DNA from: Pavona decussata
Lineage: Eukaryota
NCBI GenBank assembly: GCA_977016875.1
Contig: CDRNST010000188.1
Span: forward strand, 2,914,001-2,978,000
Reading direction: 5' to 3'
DNA length: 64,000 nucleotides
Positions within the stretch are counted from its first letter, which is position 1, and each line of letters starts with the position of its first letter. This document shows, piece after piece, positions 1-12,719 of the stretch. A model generated the notes under the pieces. The model was given only the letters and a program-made list of their open reading frames with translations. It was not told the DNA's origin and ran no database searches. The translations under genes and the position numbers were made by a program.

Positions 1-20
1 GGAGACCAATTAATGTTTGG

Positions 21-190
21 TTTTATCAACTGGGTTTATAACGTAATTTGGCCAACGTAAAAAGAATCGAGTGCTGACAACTGCAGAATTAACCCTTCTT
101 TAGGGCGAATACAGTGCGATTCTACCTGACGAAGGGCTAAACGCTTGAAACGTCAGCACTCGAATCTCTTTACGATGGCTAAATTACATT
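21..190 (+). mobile_element. Degenerate Penelope-like element terminal fold-back with minimal hammerhead-ribozyme core
   Basis: Imperfect inverted repeat. CTGACGA (126-132), short stem, GAAAC (147-151) and GTC (152-154) match the minimal hammerhead layout known from Penelope-like elements. Confidence 0.6.
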
Positions 191-569
191 TATGATTTTT
201 ACGTATGGGGCAAGCCCCACCAAAGTTCGTGAATTGTTTTCAAAGTCATCTGGGAACAAGTTGATTTGGTTTGGTTGATGTTGTCGAGGCAATCAAATTT
301 TGAACAGCTGATTACTTAGAAATTGGAATCTTTGTGCTGTCAATAAACAAATATTAAGGCTACTCCAAACCTTCGCAGGTGCCTTCCCGAAAAAAATTCG
401 TACGCACGCTGGTTTTTAGGAAACCACCACAATCTATATATCGATAAAAAGGTCATTAAATGCAGTATTCGATAAACTTAAAAGCTATTTTGGTTATTCC
501 TCTGCTAAGGCGAAGGAAACCGGTAAACAGTAAAATGACAGAACGCCATTCCGTCGAATTAATCGGGTA

Positions 570-700
570 TGTAATGTAATGTATATGTAATTGACCACTC
601 CCCCTTGGAGCTTCCTAGGGTCAATGAACAACGGCTCTAATCAGATAGACCATGACACCGGGAACTCCACGCCCTACTCTTTTCCAACAGTGCCAACAGA
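570..700 (-). mobile_element. SINE fragment (same family as 17310-17716)
   Basis: ACACCGGGAACTCCACGCCCTACTCTTT is nearly identical to 17454-17480, with a (GTAAT)n tail at ~571. Confidence 0.55.
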
Positions 701-2572
701 TTCTGCGAGCACGTTTACGGTATAACCAAGGTCGGGGGTGGGGGGGGGGGGGGGGGAGGGGGGCAAGAGGCATGCTTTAAGATTTTAAATTATATTTCTT
801 TGAAAATGAAAGTTTAAGTAATTAACTTCAATTTGATCGAAAAATAACCATTCGGCAAAAAGTAGCCCCGCGAAGGTTAGAAGTAACCTTAACTTTCATT
901 GCTTGTTTCATTTTAGTGCTCCTCTGTTACGTTTTAAGGTATTTTGTGTCATTCTGAGGTTTCAGAGAGATCCTGGCTGCCATTTGGAAATTATGACGTA
1001 GTGGAAAATCGGAAAACTGCTGATTGGCTGTTTTGCGGGTGTTAGTGACCTCCGCTGACCATTTTAGGGCGGCTAATATAAAACAAAAAAGGAATATTTG
1101 ACCACCTAAAATTCCGTAAGGATGGTTATTTTGACAGGAAAAAAATTAATCTCCTAAAACTGTAACTCCTGGAGAAGCAATGCATATGTAATATATGTTA
1201 CATTGTGGTGTCATCACCAATTACAACATTGAAATAAATATAAGACCAAAAAGCCCAAAGCCCATGAAAAGGGAGGTAGAAAAAATTGAAAAAATATCGA
1301 AGGTCAGGTGCGAACATTGAAAATTTTATCCTTTTTGCTCCCGCTCGCGTCTAAACTGCGCTCAAAGCCATTCGAAGATGCACCTCTGTCTGCAGCCACC
1401 ATCGGTACAACATAGCGGCTAGAAGTTAAATTTTTTTACGTCGATCGCTACTTTACTATTTCTTGTGTCAAATTACAAAAGGTTTTGAAGTAGCTCAAGG
1501 TCTTGGAACAAAGCACAAACTGGGTATCGAAACTTTCAATTGGAGAAAGTTTAGTCCCTTTTAATTTTCGGGTGCGCTTTTGTGCTTAAGTGTATTTTGA
1601 GGCCATTTTATTTTTCACATTGTCTTTGTAAATGAATTTATGCCGATTCCAACCATTAAACAGGGCTTCGCTTATGATAATCATGATCAAATGTTTATAA
1701 ATTTGGTTTATTGAAAACATATCGCCTCGCACGGTCCGGGAAAGATGGATCCCATTGATATTTAAAATATTTTAGAAGGTCGAAGTCAGGTGATTATATT
1801 CTGATGAGAAAGAAAACGTTCAAATCATTTTTTGTTGTTCAAAACTTCATCCCAAATAAGACTTATGTCATCAAAGAGTAGCTTTTAACTGCAACTCTAT
1901 TGTTGCTAGCTTGATTCCAGTGGCAAAAGTAGATGCCCTTTGGACGGTAATATTTCAATGAAATTTCAAAAATACCTGGTCTCATGATCACTGGCTACAA
2001 AATACATAAACCAGAACGTATAATATATTCACCACGAGGTTCCCTAGGGATGGGGTTTGAGAACACTTACAACTACTTACAAATATTCTTTAGGGGAAGA
2101 AATCCCCGAATAAAGGCCTTTTAGGGAACAGAGCCGGATCCCCCGCATCTACGAACTGTTGTTGGCCTTCCGTAAATGCTAGCTGACCTTATTTACCTCC
2201 CTTAACGATATACTTCGTCCCTTCGAAAACGAAAGGAATTAATTTTCCCATGTTTATTGACTTTTAGGTGACAATACAACCCGGCAAGAAAACGCTAGAT
2301 TTTCTTTAGAATTCAATCCGAATTTCTGAGGCGATTTAGGTCATTCGAACGTACACTCACCAAAACGATAAGTAACCGAGAAGCAGGCAATCCTCCCGAT
2401 GAGAGTATGAAGGAGACTGCAGTTTGTGACATCGATAACCTGAGCTATGGGCTTCTTGGAAGGATATCCACTCAGGTTGTCGAAACGACAATTTCAGTGT
2501 CTTTTCAGGACTTCAAATCATTCACTACGAGTTAGTTTACAGCCTTAATGATGTAAAGTATCATAGTTATTT

Positions 2573-2920
2573 AACAAATCGACGGCAGTTTTCTATGGTC
2601 TATACTCTTATAGACCATAAAATGACGTCAAAAAATGTTTAAAACTCAAGTGGAACCACGAGCGACAGGCGAGTGGTTTCACTGCCAAGTTTTGGACATT
2701 TTATGGCGTCATTTTATGGTCTATAAGAGTATAGACCATAGAAAACTGCCGTCGATTTGTTTTTTACAATAACATGGAAAAAGTACGAACTGAATTTATT
2801 GCTTTTTTTTTCGTTGAGAAAGCGCGCGCGTTACATCTGACGTCATTTTTATTGTCTGTACTCTTATAGACAATAGCTACGAGCCAATCAGCGCGCGGGA
2901 ATTTGGACAGTTATTGTAAA
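2573..2920. mobile_element. Fold-back MITE-like element (second copy at ~6681-7030)
   Basis: ~190-bp hairpin AACAAATCGACGGCAG...CTGCCGTCGATTTGTT (2573-2761), followed by a segment bounded by TTTTACAATAAC...GTTATTGTAAAA. Confidence 0.7.
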
Positions 2921-2948
2921 ATTTGGGATGTTTAAAATACACACGAAC

Positions 2949-3035
2949 CTGGTACTGGTACCACTGAAGTTGGAAGTTGAAACATGGTTGAGCCTGTCTC
3001 AAATGATTTCGTAATCAAAATACGGTTTGTAGCAA
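2949..3035 (-). CDS. Candidate phase 1-1 stalk exon of the host gene (ATNRILITKSFETGSTMFQLPTSVVPVP); paralog at 7058-7144
   Basis: Polypyrimidine tract + CAG acceptor, G|GTTCGT donor, 87 nt, open in both copies. Confidence 0.35.
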
Positions 3036-3962
3036 CTGGTGGAAAAAGGAGAAAAAAGTGGATAACGGATTAAGGAATAATTTCGACATGTTGCATAAGA
3101 CCACAGCCTAGCTAGTCTATGACTACAAGCTCTTCTCGTCATCCACGAAGGGCTCACCCTTAGGTTTCCCACAGTCGTGCAGGCAATTAATGCAATAGTC
3201 AGTTGCAATGTAGTTGTGTATTCATAAACTACAGAATGCGATACAGTGTATTGTAGCGTATGAATTAATTACACTCTTATACCTTTCCCTTCCATTCTAA
3301 GATGTATAATGGCCGTGGTGTGTGCTGGCTTGCCTAGGCTTGGTTTACTGTGCACAGAATCAAGATTACCAGAGTTGGACCAAAATGGCCTTGAGCACAG
3401 GCTCATAGCCGCTTTTATTCAAAATATGTAGTTTGAATATAATCAGTGATAGAGACATAATCTGGCCCAGTAAAGGTCAGGGCACAGAAAAAGAAACACT
3501 AAGGTATGCATTAATGGAAAGCGGCTGGCCTTGGGGAGGAGGCGGGAGAACAAAAGCACGTCTTAATCCGCTGCTGAACCGAGACGAATGACTTTGGTAG
3601 ATCATATTGATCATATGACTGATGAATGCACCAAAATTGGGTATACCTTATCTCAATTACTTCCTCCCCAAGACCCAGGACCACTCGGACCAATTAATTT
3701 CTAAGGCGGGAAAAGTCATAAAAGTTCTATTTGCAGGCAAATATGTTATATAATTACTACGGACCTGATGTAGAACATTATGAATGAAATTAACGAATCA
3801 CACCACAAACGTTTTGCCTATTTTTGCTGAACGAGTTTTTGCTCTCCATCGTTTGCATTAAAATGTTCTTATTCTCATGACTGCATTTCTTGTGTGTTTT
3901 ATTACTTTTAGGTTACGTAAATATCCCTAGATTATATTATGATAAATTTAAAAACAACTTAC

Positions 3963-4064
3963 AGATTAATGTCGATGAAGAATGACTGGTAACATCGACT
4001 TCACTGTTGCTTGAATGTGTGGCAACGGCAGATGTTATTGCAGACGATAAATCAGCGGATTTTG
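3963..4064 (-). CDS. Candidate phase 1-1 Ser/Thr-rich exon (KSADLSSAITSAVATHSSNSEVDVTSHSSSTLI), copy 1
   Basis: TTTTATTTTGTAG acceptor, GTAAGT donor, 102 nt open, phase matches the upstream exons. Confidence 0.45.
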
Positions 4065-5041
4065 CTACAAAATAAAATACGTTTAAGTAAAACATTTTTA
4101 ACCATACTATCTGTTTGCTAACACTGCTTTGAAGTTAATGAATCACACCACAAACGTTACGCCCATTTTTGCTGAACGAGCTTTTTTTTCTTGAATAGTT
4201 TACACTAAAATATTCTAAATTTTGAATTTACACCCTTTGCAAAATCTCTTTAGGCCTTATTAAAACTGATTTTCATATTTAATGATAAAGAAAACTCGTT
4301 TCTGAGAAATTACGACAATATAGTCAAATCAGCGCGTACAGCATTCCACCGTAGCTGATATATTTTATTGTAGAATGCGATTCCGATTCTCCTCAACAAA
4401 GAATGTCTTACGCACTGCGATTTGAATACCTTAGCATACCTTGTCAATGGCGATCGAATTTGGTACGATACTCGTTAAAAAAAAAAAAAAACCTGTGGCA
4501 TTTTTCCTGTCCTTTGTTGCCTCGCACATCATTGTTCTACTACATGAGTTTTTCAACACGCTTCTAGGATGGGGAAACCCTTCGATGTACTATTTGCGGA
4601 GATAAGTGCATTTAGCCTAGACGAAAACTCGGTTACAGTGCTGTGAGCCGTAATTTTGGGTCAGTTGCTTTGGAATGTTTGTCACTTGGCGTTAAAATGT
4701 AGGCGATACAGGGAGTAGGCAAAAAGGAATTGTAGCGCAAGCAATGAGTGGTTTATTTTTCGCAAAAAATGGGCCTTTTCTTGTTCAAAAAGCAAGTTCT
4801 TTGAAAGACAGTGATATCAGGCATGAAATTCTAGAGAGAGCAGAAATTAAACTTCTGTCCGACATTGAAATAAAATTGAACTGGTCAATATCACTGTCCA
4901 ATTTCTATTGATGATACATTTCCCACAAAACCTTGCTGGTAGAATGATCTCGGACTTATTCTAATGAGAATCTTGTATGATGTGGAGATATTAGAGGTCA
5001 CAGGTGAAGGAGTACTACTAAGATCTGTCATTGTAGTGTCG

Positions 5042-8000
5042 GTGCTCCTCTGTTACGTTTTAAGGTATTTTGTGTCATTCTGAGGTTTCAGAGAGATCCT
5101 GGCTGCCATTTGGAAATTATGACGTAGTGGAAAATCGGAAAACTGCTGATTGGCTGTTGTTTTGCGGGTGTTAGTGCCCTCCGCTGACCATTTTAGGGCG
5201 GCTAATATAAAACAAAAAAGGAATATTTGACCACCTAAAATTCCGTAATGATGGTTATTTTGACAGGAAAAAATTAATCTCCTAAAACTGTAACTCCTGG
5301 AGAAGCAATGCATATGTAATATATGTTACATTGTGGTGTCATCACCAATTACAACAGTGAAATAAATATAGGACCAAAAACCAATGAAAAGGGAGGTTGA
5401 AAAAATTGAAAACATATCGAAGGCCAGGTGCGAACATTGAAAATTTTATGCTTTTTGCTCCCGCTCGCGTCTAAACTGCGCTCAAAGCTATTCGAAGATG
5501 CACTTCTGTCTGCAGCCACCATCGGTACAACATAGCGGCTAGAAGTTAAATTTTTTTACGTCGATCGCTACTTTACTATTTCTTGTGTCAAATTACAAAA
5601 GGTTTTGAAGTAGCTCAAGGTCTTGGAACAAAGCACAAACTGGGTATCGAAACTTGCAATTGGATAAAGTTTAGTCCCTTTTAATTTTAGGGTGCGCTTT
5701 TGTGCTTAAGTGTATTTTGAGGCCATTTTATTTTTCACATTGTCTTTGTAAATGAATTTATGCCGATTCCAACCATTAAACAGGGCTTCGCTTATGATAA
5801 TCATGATCAAATGTTTATAGATTTGGTTTATTGAAAACATATCGCCTCGCACGGTCCGGGAAAGATGGATCCCATTGATATTTAAAATATTTTAGAAGGT
5901 CGAAGTCAGGTGATTATATTCTGATGAGAAAGAAAACGTTCATATCATTTTTTGTTGTTCAAAACTTCATCCCAAATAAGACTTATGTCATCAAAGAGTA
6001 GCTTTTAACTGCAACTCTATTGTTGCTAGCTTGATTCCAGTGGCAAAAGTAGATGCCCTTTGGACGGTAATATTTCAATGAAATTTCAAAAATACCTGGT
6101 CTCATGATCACTGGCTACAAAATACATAAACCAGAACGTATAATATATTCACCACGAGGTTCCCTAGGGATGGGGTTTGAGAATACTTACAACTACTTAC
6201 AAATATTCTTTAGGGGACGAAATCCCCGAATAAAGGCCATTTAGGGAACAGAGCCCGATCCCCCGCATCTACGAACTGTTGTTGGCCTTCCGTAAATGCT
6301 AGCTGACCTTATTTACCTCCCTTAACGATATACTTCGTCCCTTCGAAAACGAAAGGAATTAATTTTCCCATGTTTATTGACTTTTAGGTGACAATACAAC
6401 CCGGCAAGAAAACGCTAGATTTTCTTTAGAATTAAATCCGAATTTAGGCCATTCGAACGTACACTCACCGAAACGATAAGTAAACGAGAAGCAGGCAATC
6501 CTCCCGATGAGAGTATGAAGGAGACTGCAGTTTGTGACATCGATAACCTGAGCTATGGGCTTCTTGGAAGGATATCCACTCAGGTTGTCGAAACGACAAT
6601 TTCAGTGTCTTTTTAGAACTTCAAATCATTCACTACGAGTTAGTTTACAGCCTTAATGATGTAACGTATCATAGTTATTTAACAAATCGACGGCAGTTTT
6701 CTATGGTCTATACTCTTATAGACCATAAAATGACGTCAAAAAATGTTCAAAACTCAAGTGGAACCACGAGCCGCAGGCGAGTGGTTTCACTGCCAAGTTT
6801 TGGACATTTTATGGCGTCATTTTATGGTCTATAAGAGTATAGACCATAGAAAACTGCCGTCGATTTGTTTTTTACAATAACATGGAAAAAGTACGAGCGG
6901 AATTTATTGCTATATTTTTTCGTTGAGAAAGCGCGCGCGTTACATCTGACGTCATTTTTATTGTCTGTACTCTTATAGACAATAGCTACGAGCCAATCAG
7001 CGCGCGGGAATTTGGACAGTTATTGTAAAATTTGGGATGTTTAAAATACACACGAACCTGGTACTGGTACCACTGAAGTTGGAAGTTGAAACATGGTTAA
7101 GCGTGTCTCAAATGATTTCGTAATCAAAATACGGTTTGTAGCAACTGGTGGAAAAAGGAGAAAAAAGTGGATAACGGATTAAGGTATAATTTCGACATGT
7201 TGCATAAGACCACAGCCTAGCTAGTCTATGACTACAAGCTCGTCTCGTCATCCACGAAGGGCTCACCCTTAGGTTTCCCACAGTCGTGCAGGCAATTAAT
7301 GCAATAGTCAGTTGCAATGTAATTGTGTATTCATAAACTACAGAATGCGATACAGTGTATTGTATCGTATGAATTAATTACACTCTTATACCTTTCCCTT
7401 CCATTTTAAGATGTATAATGGCCGTAGTGTGTGCTGGCTTGCCTAGGCTTGGTTTACTGTGCACAGAATCAAGATTACCAGAGTTGGACCAAAATGGCCT
7501 TGAGCACAGGCTCATAGCCGCTTTTATTCAAAATATGTAGTTTGAATATAATCAGTGATAGAGACATAATCTGGCCCAGTAAAGGTCAGAGCACAGAAAA
7601 AGAAACACTAAGGTATGCATTAATGGAAAGCGGCTGGCCTTGGGGAGGAGGCGGGAGAACAAAAGCACGTCTTAATCCGCTGCTGAACCGAGACGAATGA
7701 CTTTGGTAGATCATATTGATCATATGACTGATGAATGCACTAAAATTGGGTATACCTTATCTCAATTACTTCCTCCCCAAGACCCAGGACCACTCGGACC
7801 AATTAATTTCTAAGGCGGGAAAAGTCATAAAAGTTCTATTTGCAGGCAAATATGTTATATAATTACTACGGACCTGATGTAGAACATTATGAATGAAATT
7901 AATGAATCACACCACAAACGTTTTGCCTATTTTTGCTGAACGAGTTTTTGCTCTCCATCGTTTGCATTAAAATGTTCTTATTCTCATGACTGCATTTCTT

Positions 8001-9145
8001 GTGTGTTTTATTACTTTTAGGTTACGTAAATATCCCTAGATTATATTATGATAAATTTAAAAACAACTTACAGATTAATGTCGATGAAGAATGACTGGTA
8101 ACATCGACTTCACTGTTGCTTGAATGTGTGGCAACGGCAGATGTTATTGCAGACGATAAATCAGCGGATTTTGCTACAAAATAAAATACGTTTAAGTAAA
8201 ACATTTTTAACCATACTATCTGTTTGCAAACACTGCTTTGAAGTTAATGAATCACACCACAAACGTTACGCCCATTTTTGCTGAACGAGCTTTTTTTTCT
8301 TGAATAGTTTACACTAAAATATTCTAAATTTTGAATTTACACCCTTTGCAAAATCTCTTCAGGCCTTATTAAAACTGATTTTCATATTTAATGATAAAGA
8401 AAACTCGTTTCTGAGAAATTACGACAATATAGTCAAATCAGCGCGTACAGCATTCCACCGTAGCTGATATATTTTATTGTAGAATGCGATTCCGGTTCTC
8501 CTCAACAAAGAATGTCTTACGCACTGCGATTTGAATACCTTAGCATACCTTGTCAATGGCGATCGAATTTGGTACGATACTCGTTTAAAAAAAAAACTGT
8601 GGCATTTTTCCTGTCCTATGTTGCCTCGCACATCATTGTTCTACTACATGAGTTTTTCAACACGCTTCTAGGATGGGGAAACCCTTCGATGTACTATTTG
8701 CGGAGATAAGTGCATTTAGCCTAGACGAAAACTCGGTTACAGTGCTGTGAGCCGTAATTTTGGGTCAGTTGCTTTGGAATGTTTGTCACTTGGCGTTAAA
8801 ATGTAGGCGATACAGGGAGTAGGCAAAAAGGAATTGTAGCGCAAGCAATGAGTGGTTTATTTTTCGCAAAAAATGGGCCTTTTCTTGTTCAAAAAGCAAG
8901 TTCTTTGAAAGACAGTGATATCAGGCATGAAATTCTAGAGAGAGCAGAAATTAAACTTCTGTCCGACATTGAAATAAAATTGAACTGGTCAATATCACTG
9001 TCCAATTTCTATTGATGATACATTTCCCACAAAACCTTGCTGGTAGAATGATCTCGGACTTATTCTAATGAGAATCTTGTATGATGTGGAGATATTAGAG
9101 GTCACAGGTGAAGGAGTACTACTAAGATCTGTCATTGTAGTGTCG
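5042..9145. repeat. Tandem segmental duplication, copy 2
   Basis: Colinear with copy 1, with scattered SNPs and small indels (e.g. about 12 bp missing near 6445). Confidence 0.95.
8072..8173 (-). CDS. Candidate phase 1-1 Ser/Thr-rich exon, copy 2
   Basis: Duplicate of 3963-4064 with the same splice signals. Confidence 0.45.
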
Positions 9146-10590
9146 GTGCTCCTCTGTTACGTTTTAAGGTATTTTGTGTCATTCTGAGGTTTCAGAGAGA
9201 TCCTGGCTGCCATTTGGAAATTACGGCGTAGTGGAAAATCGGAAAACTGCTGATTGGCTGTTGTTTTGCGGGTGTTAGTGACCTCCGCTGACCATTTTAG
9301 GGCGGCTAATATAAAACAAAAAAGGAATATTTGACCACCTAAAATTCTGTAATGATGGTTATTTTGACAGGAAAAAATTAATCTCCTAAAACTGTAACTT
9401 CTGGAGAAGCAATGGGTGGTTTTAACCTCACACATCGTCACGCAAGTGAAAAAATAAAATCCTCAGCCATTCAATAGATAAAGTCAAGAAATTGTGGTTT
9501 CATCACCAATTACAACATTGAAATAAATATAAGACCAAAAAGCCCATGAAAAGGGAGGTAGAAAAAATTGAAAAAAATATCGAAGGTCTGGTGCGAACAT
9601 TGAAAATTTTATGCTTTTTGTCACGTCGATCGAACTCTGTCCCCAATCCTCTTAATTATAAGCTGGTCGGTAATCGAATTTTTTTCGCTAGCTAGAAAGT
9701 TTTCAATTCAAGGAAGGGCAATTAGTATTCATTTCATGCAATCGTCTAATTTGAGTTCTTTTCTTGTCTGTGAAAGCGCCTTTAACCCTCTAATGTTCTG
9801 CAGTCCAAGTGTTGGGGGAAGGACAGTGTTTTCGAGGCTTTCGAACTCTATTCCAAGGCAAAATCTAGAATGAGATAAGAGCCGGAGGATTCAAATTTGG
9901 AAAGTGGATTTCAAATTTACAGAGACTGATGTAGTGGATTGATCTCGAGGAAGGGAGATCATTAGTTTTTTTTTCATAATTTTTAGGCCTTTAATTTTAG
10001 ATGTATAATGTCATATTTTCCCATTAATAATAATAATAATAATTAGTTCTATGTTTTAGTATTTGGTAGTATCCTTTTTTATGATGTAAAGTAAATCGTC
10101 ATTTAGCCGGCCCGGGTGCTGCCATGATTTATCTTAATAGAACTATCTATCAATCCATAGTTTTATACCGCGCAAAAGTATCACTGTATTAGTAGGCACC
10201 ACCCATGAGAAACCCGAGTAACTCGAGATGGGCAGAACATATGAGCAGTAACAAAACGGATCCCATTGAAGGTTAAAATATTTAAGAAGGTTGAAGTCCG
10301 GTGATTTTCTGAGGAAAAAGAAAACGTTCATATCATTTTTTGTTGTTCAAAACTTCAACCCATATAAGACTGATGTTATCAAAGAGTAGCTGTTAGCTTG
10401 CAACTCCATTGTTGCTAGCTTGATTCCAGTGGCAAAAGTAGATATACCCTTGAGACGGTAATAATTCAATGCCTACAAAAAATGTAAACCAGATCGAATA
10501 ATGTATTCATTGTGAGGTTCCCAAGGTTTGAGAATATTTACGACTACTCACAATTATTCTTTCGGGGGAGAAATCCCGAATAAATGCCTA
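9146..10590. repeat. Partial, more diverged third copy of the tandem unit
   Basis: 9146-9620 matches the unit start. 10257-10590 is a diverged match to 1747-2115. The sequence between them is unrelated. Confidence 0.8.
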
Positions 10591-10752
10591 CATTACGTAA
10601 GTGTTGTTGTTGTGGTACTTCGCGCAATTTCGGCGACCACCACCCTCAAGTTGTTATCAATTGAAAAACAGTGCTCTTCTGTAAAGCCGTAAATACGTGA
10701 AGTATCTAGAAATAAGTCCAAAGTTTAAACAAGACGACAATTGTATTTTTAA

Positions 10753-11367
10753 AGTGCCCCTAACCCTTCAATTTGTTTTCTCGTGGTAGATTTCCATATC
10801 TTTCAAGAACTCATTTTCGAAAAAATTTTTGAGAAATATTGAATCCTTTTTATTTTACGAGCGCTAAAAGTTACTGAAATTTTTAAATTTTTGCGCCCTT
10901 TAAGCCCCGCTGGACAAATTTTTCTCTCGTGGGCTCATTAGGAACGAGCCAATTAGAAGCGTCCGATATTTGACACTTTCTTAGCTGTGACGTAAGAAAA
11001 GGACACCAGAAGGATTCAGAAGGATTCAGAAGGAATCTTATGCATGCTGATTCCTTTCTCTACATTTCGAGAGTTGCTGCATCCAAAAACCACACATTTT
11101 CCAACCATTTTCTCTGTTTACAATTGAAGCATTACCGCGAATCTTCGGATATTTTTGCACGATGTCCTTTTCTTACGTCACGCTCCACATTTGGCCGAGT
11201 GGGGGACTAATGCGAACGATAGGTGAAAATATCGACAAGACTGCCTTCACTTCTAGCGCTCGTAGAAAAAAAAGAATTCAATATTTCTCAAAATTTTTTT
11301 CGAAAATGAGTTCTTGAAAGATATGGAAATCTACCAAAAGGAAACAAATTGAAGGGTTAGGGGCACT
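10753..11367. mobile_element. Non-autonomous Kolobok-type DNA transposon
   Basis: ~120-bp TIRs AGTGCCCCTAACCCTTC...GAAGGGTTAGGGGCACT, TTAA on both sides (10749-10752, 11368-11371), RR...YY ends. Confidence 0.85.
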
Positions 11368-11473
11368 TTAAGCAAATGATTGTCAACGAAAAGTTGGTAA
11401 TTAACAGCAACTCTTTACGCATCTATTTTCAACTAACTAGTTTTTTAAGTACTTTGCCATGAATTATGCTTAC

Positions 11474-11614
11474 TAGAGCTCGGCTGGATGGTTTTTGCAG
11501 TGGAAGTGGTTGGCATCATTGTCAAAGAAGAACTTTGACTCCAATTGCGGGCGTTGAGAGGAAATTCTTTATACAGTCCAGATTCAGCATCTAAGGCTAA
11601 TGAAATATATAGGG
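11474..11614 (-). CDS. Candidate Ser/Thr-rich exon of the host gene (...DAESGLYKEFPLNARNWSQSSSLTMMPTTSTAKTIQPSS)
   Basis: Two possible phase-1 acceptors (exon start 11614 or 11590) and an A|GTAAGC phase-1 donor; fits the phase-1 donor after 16247. Confidence 0.4.
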
Positions 11615-12719
11615 CTGTTAAATTTCTGATATTTCTAATTTTTTTATATGGGCTGTATAACAACAAAAATGTGTTTACAGATAATATGCCTTGCTACAAA
11701 TACATCATTTAATTGAATTTTGATGGTCAAATACAGATATTCCAGAGATGAAATAGAGATGCACTGGAATCTCCCCGCGATGATGTTCGCCTAAGCCTTA
11801 AAATTATATTTGTCAGTCTGTCATGCTTTGCACATCAAAGTTCGATCAAACTTTCGAATTTTTTTATTTTTTCTCCTTCTTCTTCTTTTTTTTTTCTTTT
11901 TCACCTTTTTCGTACATTTCAGAGATGCTTTATGTCCGCAATTTCAGACGATCTTTCTGTTCATTCAAACGACTTTGAATAATCATTCATTGTAAGTTAT
12001 TACAACAGTACTAGTATAAACTCAGTCCAGAATCGGCCCTGAAAAACGCCACTTCAGCCACTGGACGACTCTTTCTACAGTAACGTCGGTCGAAGGGCCA
12101 ACATATATAAGAGGTAAGCATTTCTTTGGCTGTAGGTGTCACATATACCCTCATACATGACTATGATCTTCCCTGGCTCTCGTTTGTCCTGAAAAATCCT
12201 CAATCATAAAAGCTTTAGATTTATACTTTTGTCCAAAACCTGAGCTTCCGAATATTTTCGAAAATAAAGCAACAAATATCTCATGAGCATAGTTTTTTCA
12301 GCCCGTACTGTAAGTTCTGGAATCTCCTTCTCCGCTTCAGCTTCGAATCAAGCAGAAAAATCTGCGTCTGATAACCTACCAATAAGGAACGGGAATTCGA
12401 CTGATGAGAAGTTTGTCTATCCAAGGCGATATATTTACATGTTACAGTAAAAAAAAAAGCTTGAAAGCAAGCGCTGGTCAAACACCCATGGTAGCCGATG
12501 ATAACTGACACACGCGCCGTCATTTAAAAACTAATCAACATTGACTAGCATGGATACACATATGTCATAAGTGCAGTGATCTGTTCCAGTCGTAACGACC
12601 ATGTAATTATTGAAGACGGAAAAAAAAGCTAGGAAAAACAAAACGGTAGGTCAATTGTGAATGCGTCCCAATGCATCAGTTGGGGGGGGGGGGGGGGGGG
12701 AGGGTTATGGCTCACTTAA

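Larger units (their letters stand above)
917..5041. repeat. Tandem segmental duplication, copy 1 (~4.1 kb)
   Basis: GTGCTCCTCTGTTACGTTTTAAGG starts at 917, 5042 and 9146. ORFs 2999/7108 are near-identical at offset 4109. Confidence 0.95.

Noticed and set aside
733-764. Poly-G tracts (also 12681-12704 and 38569-38584) as G-quadruplex regulators
   Set aside because: Simple homopolymers of unreliable length with no functional evidence.
4890-5050. Ser/Thr-rich minus-strand frame at the duplication junction (STDTTMTDLSSTPSPVTSNISTS) as another stalk exon
   Set aside because: I could not make the acceptor phase and donor consistent with neighbouring exons; left unassigned.
11923-12113. Plus-strand exon (strong acceptor, GAG|GTAAGC donor)
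   Set aside because: Stops in all three frames; at most a non-coding antisense exon with no other support.
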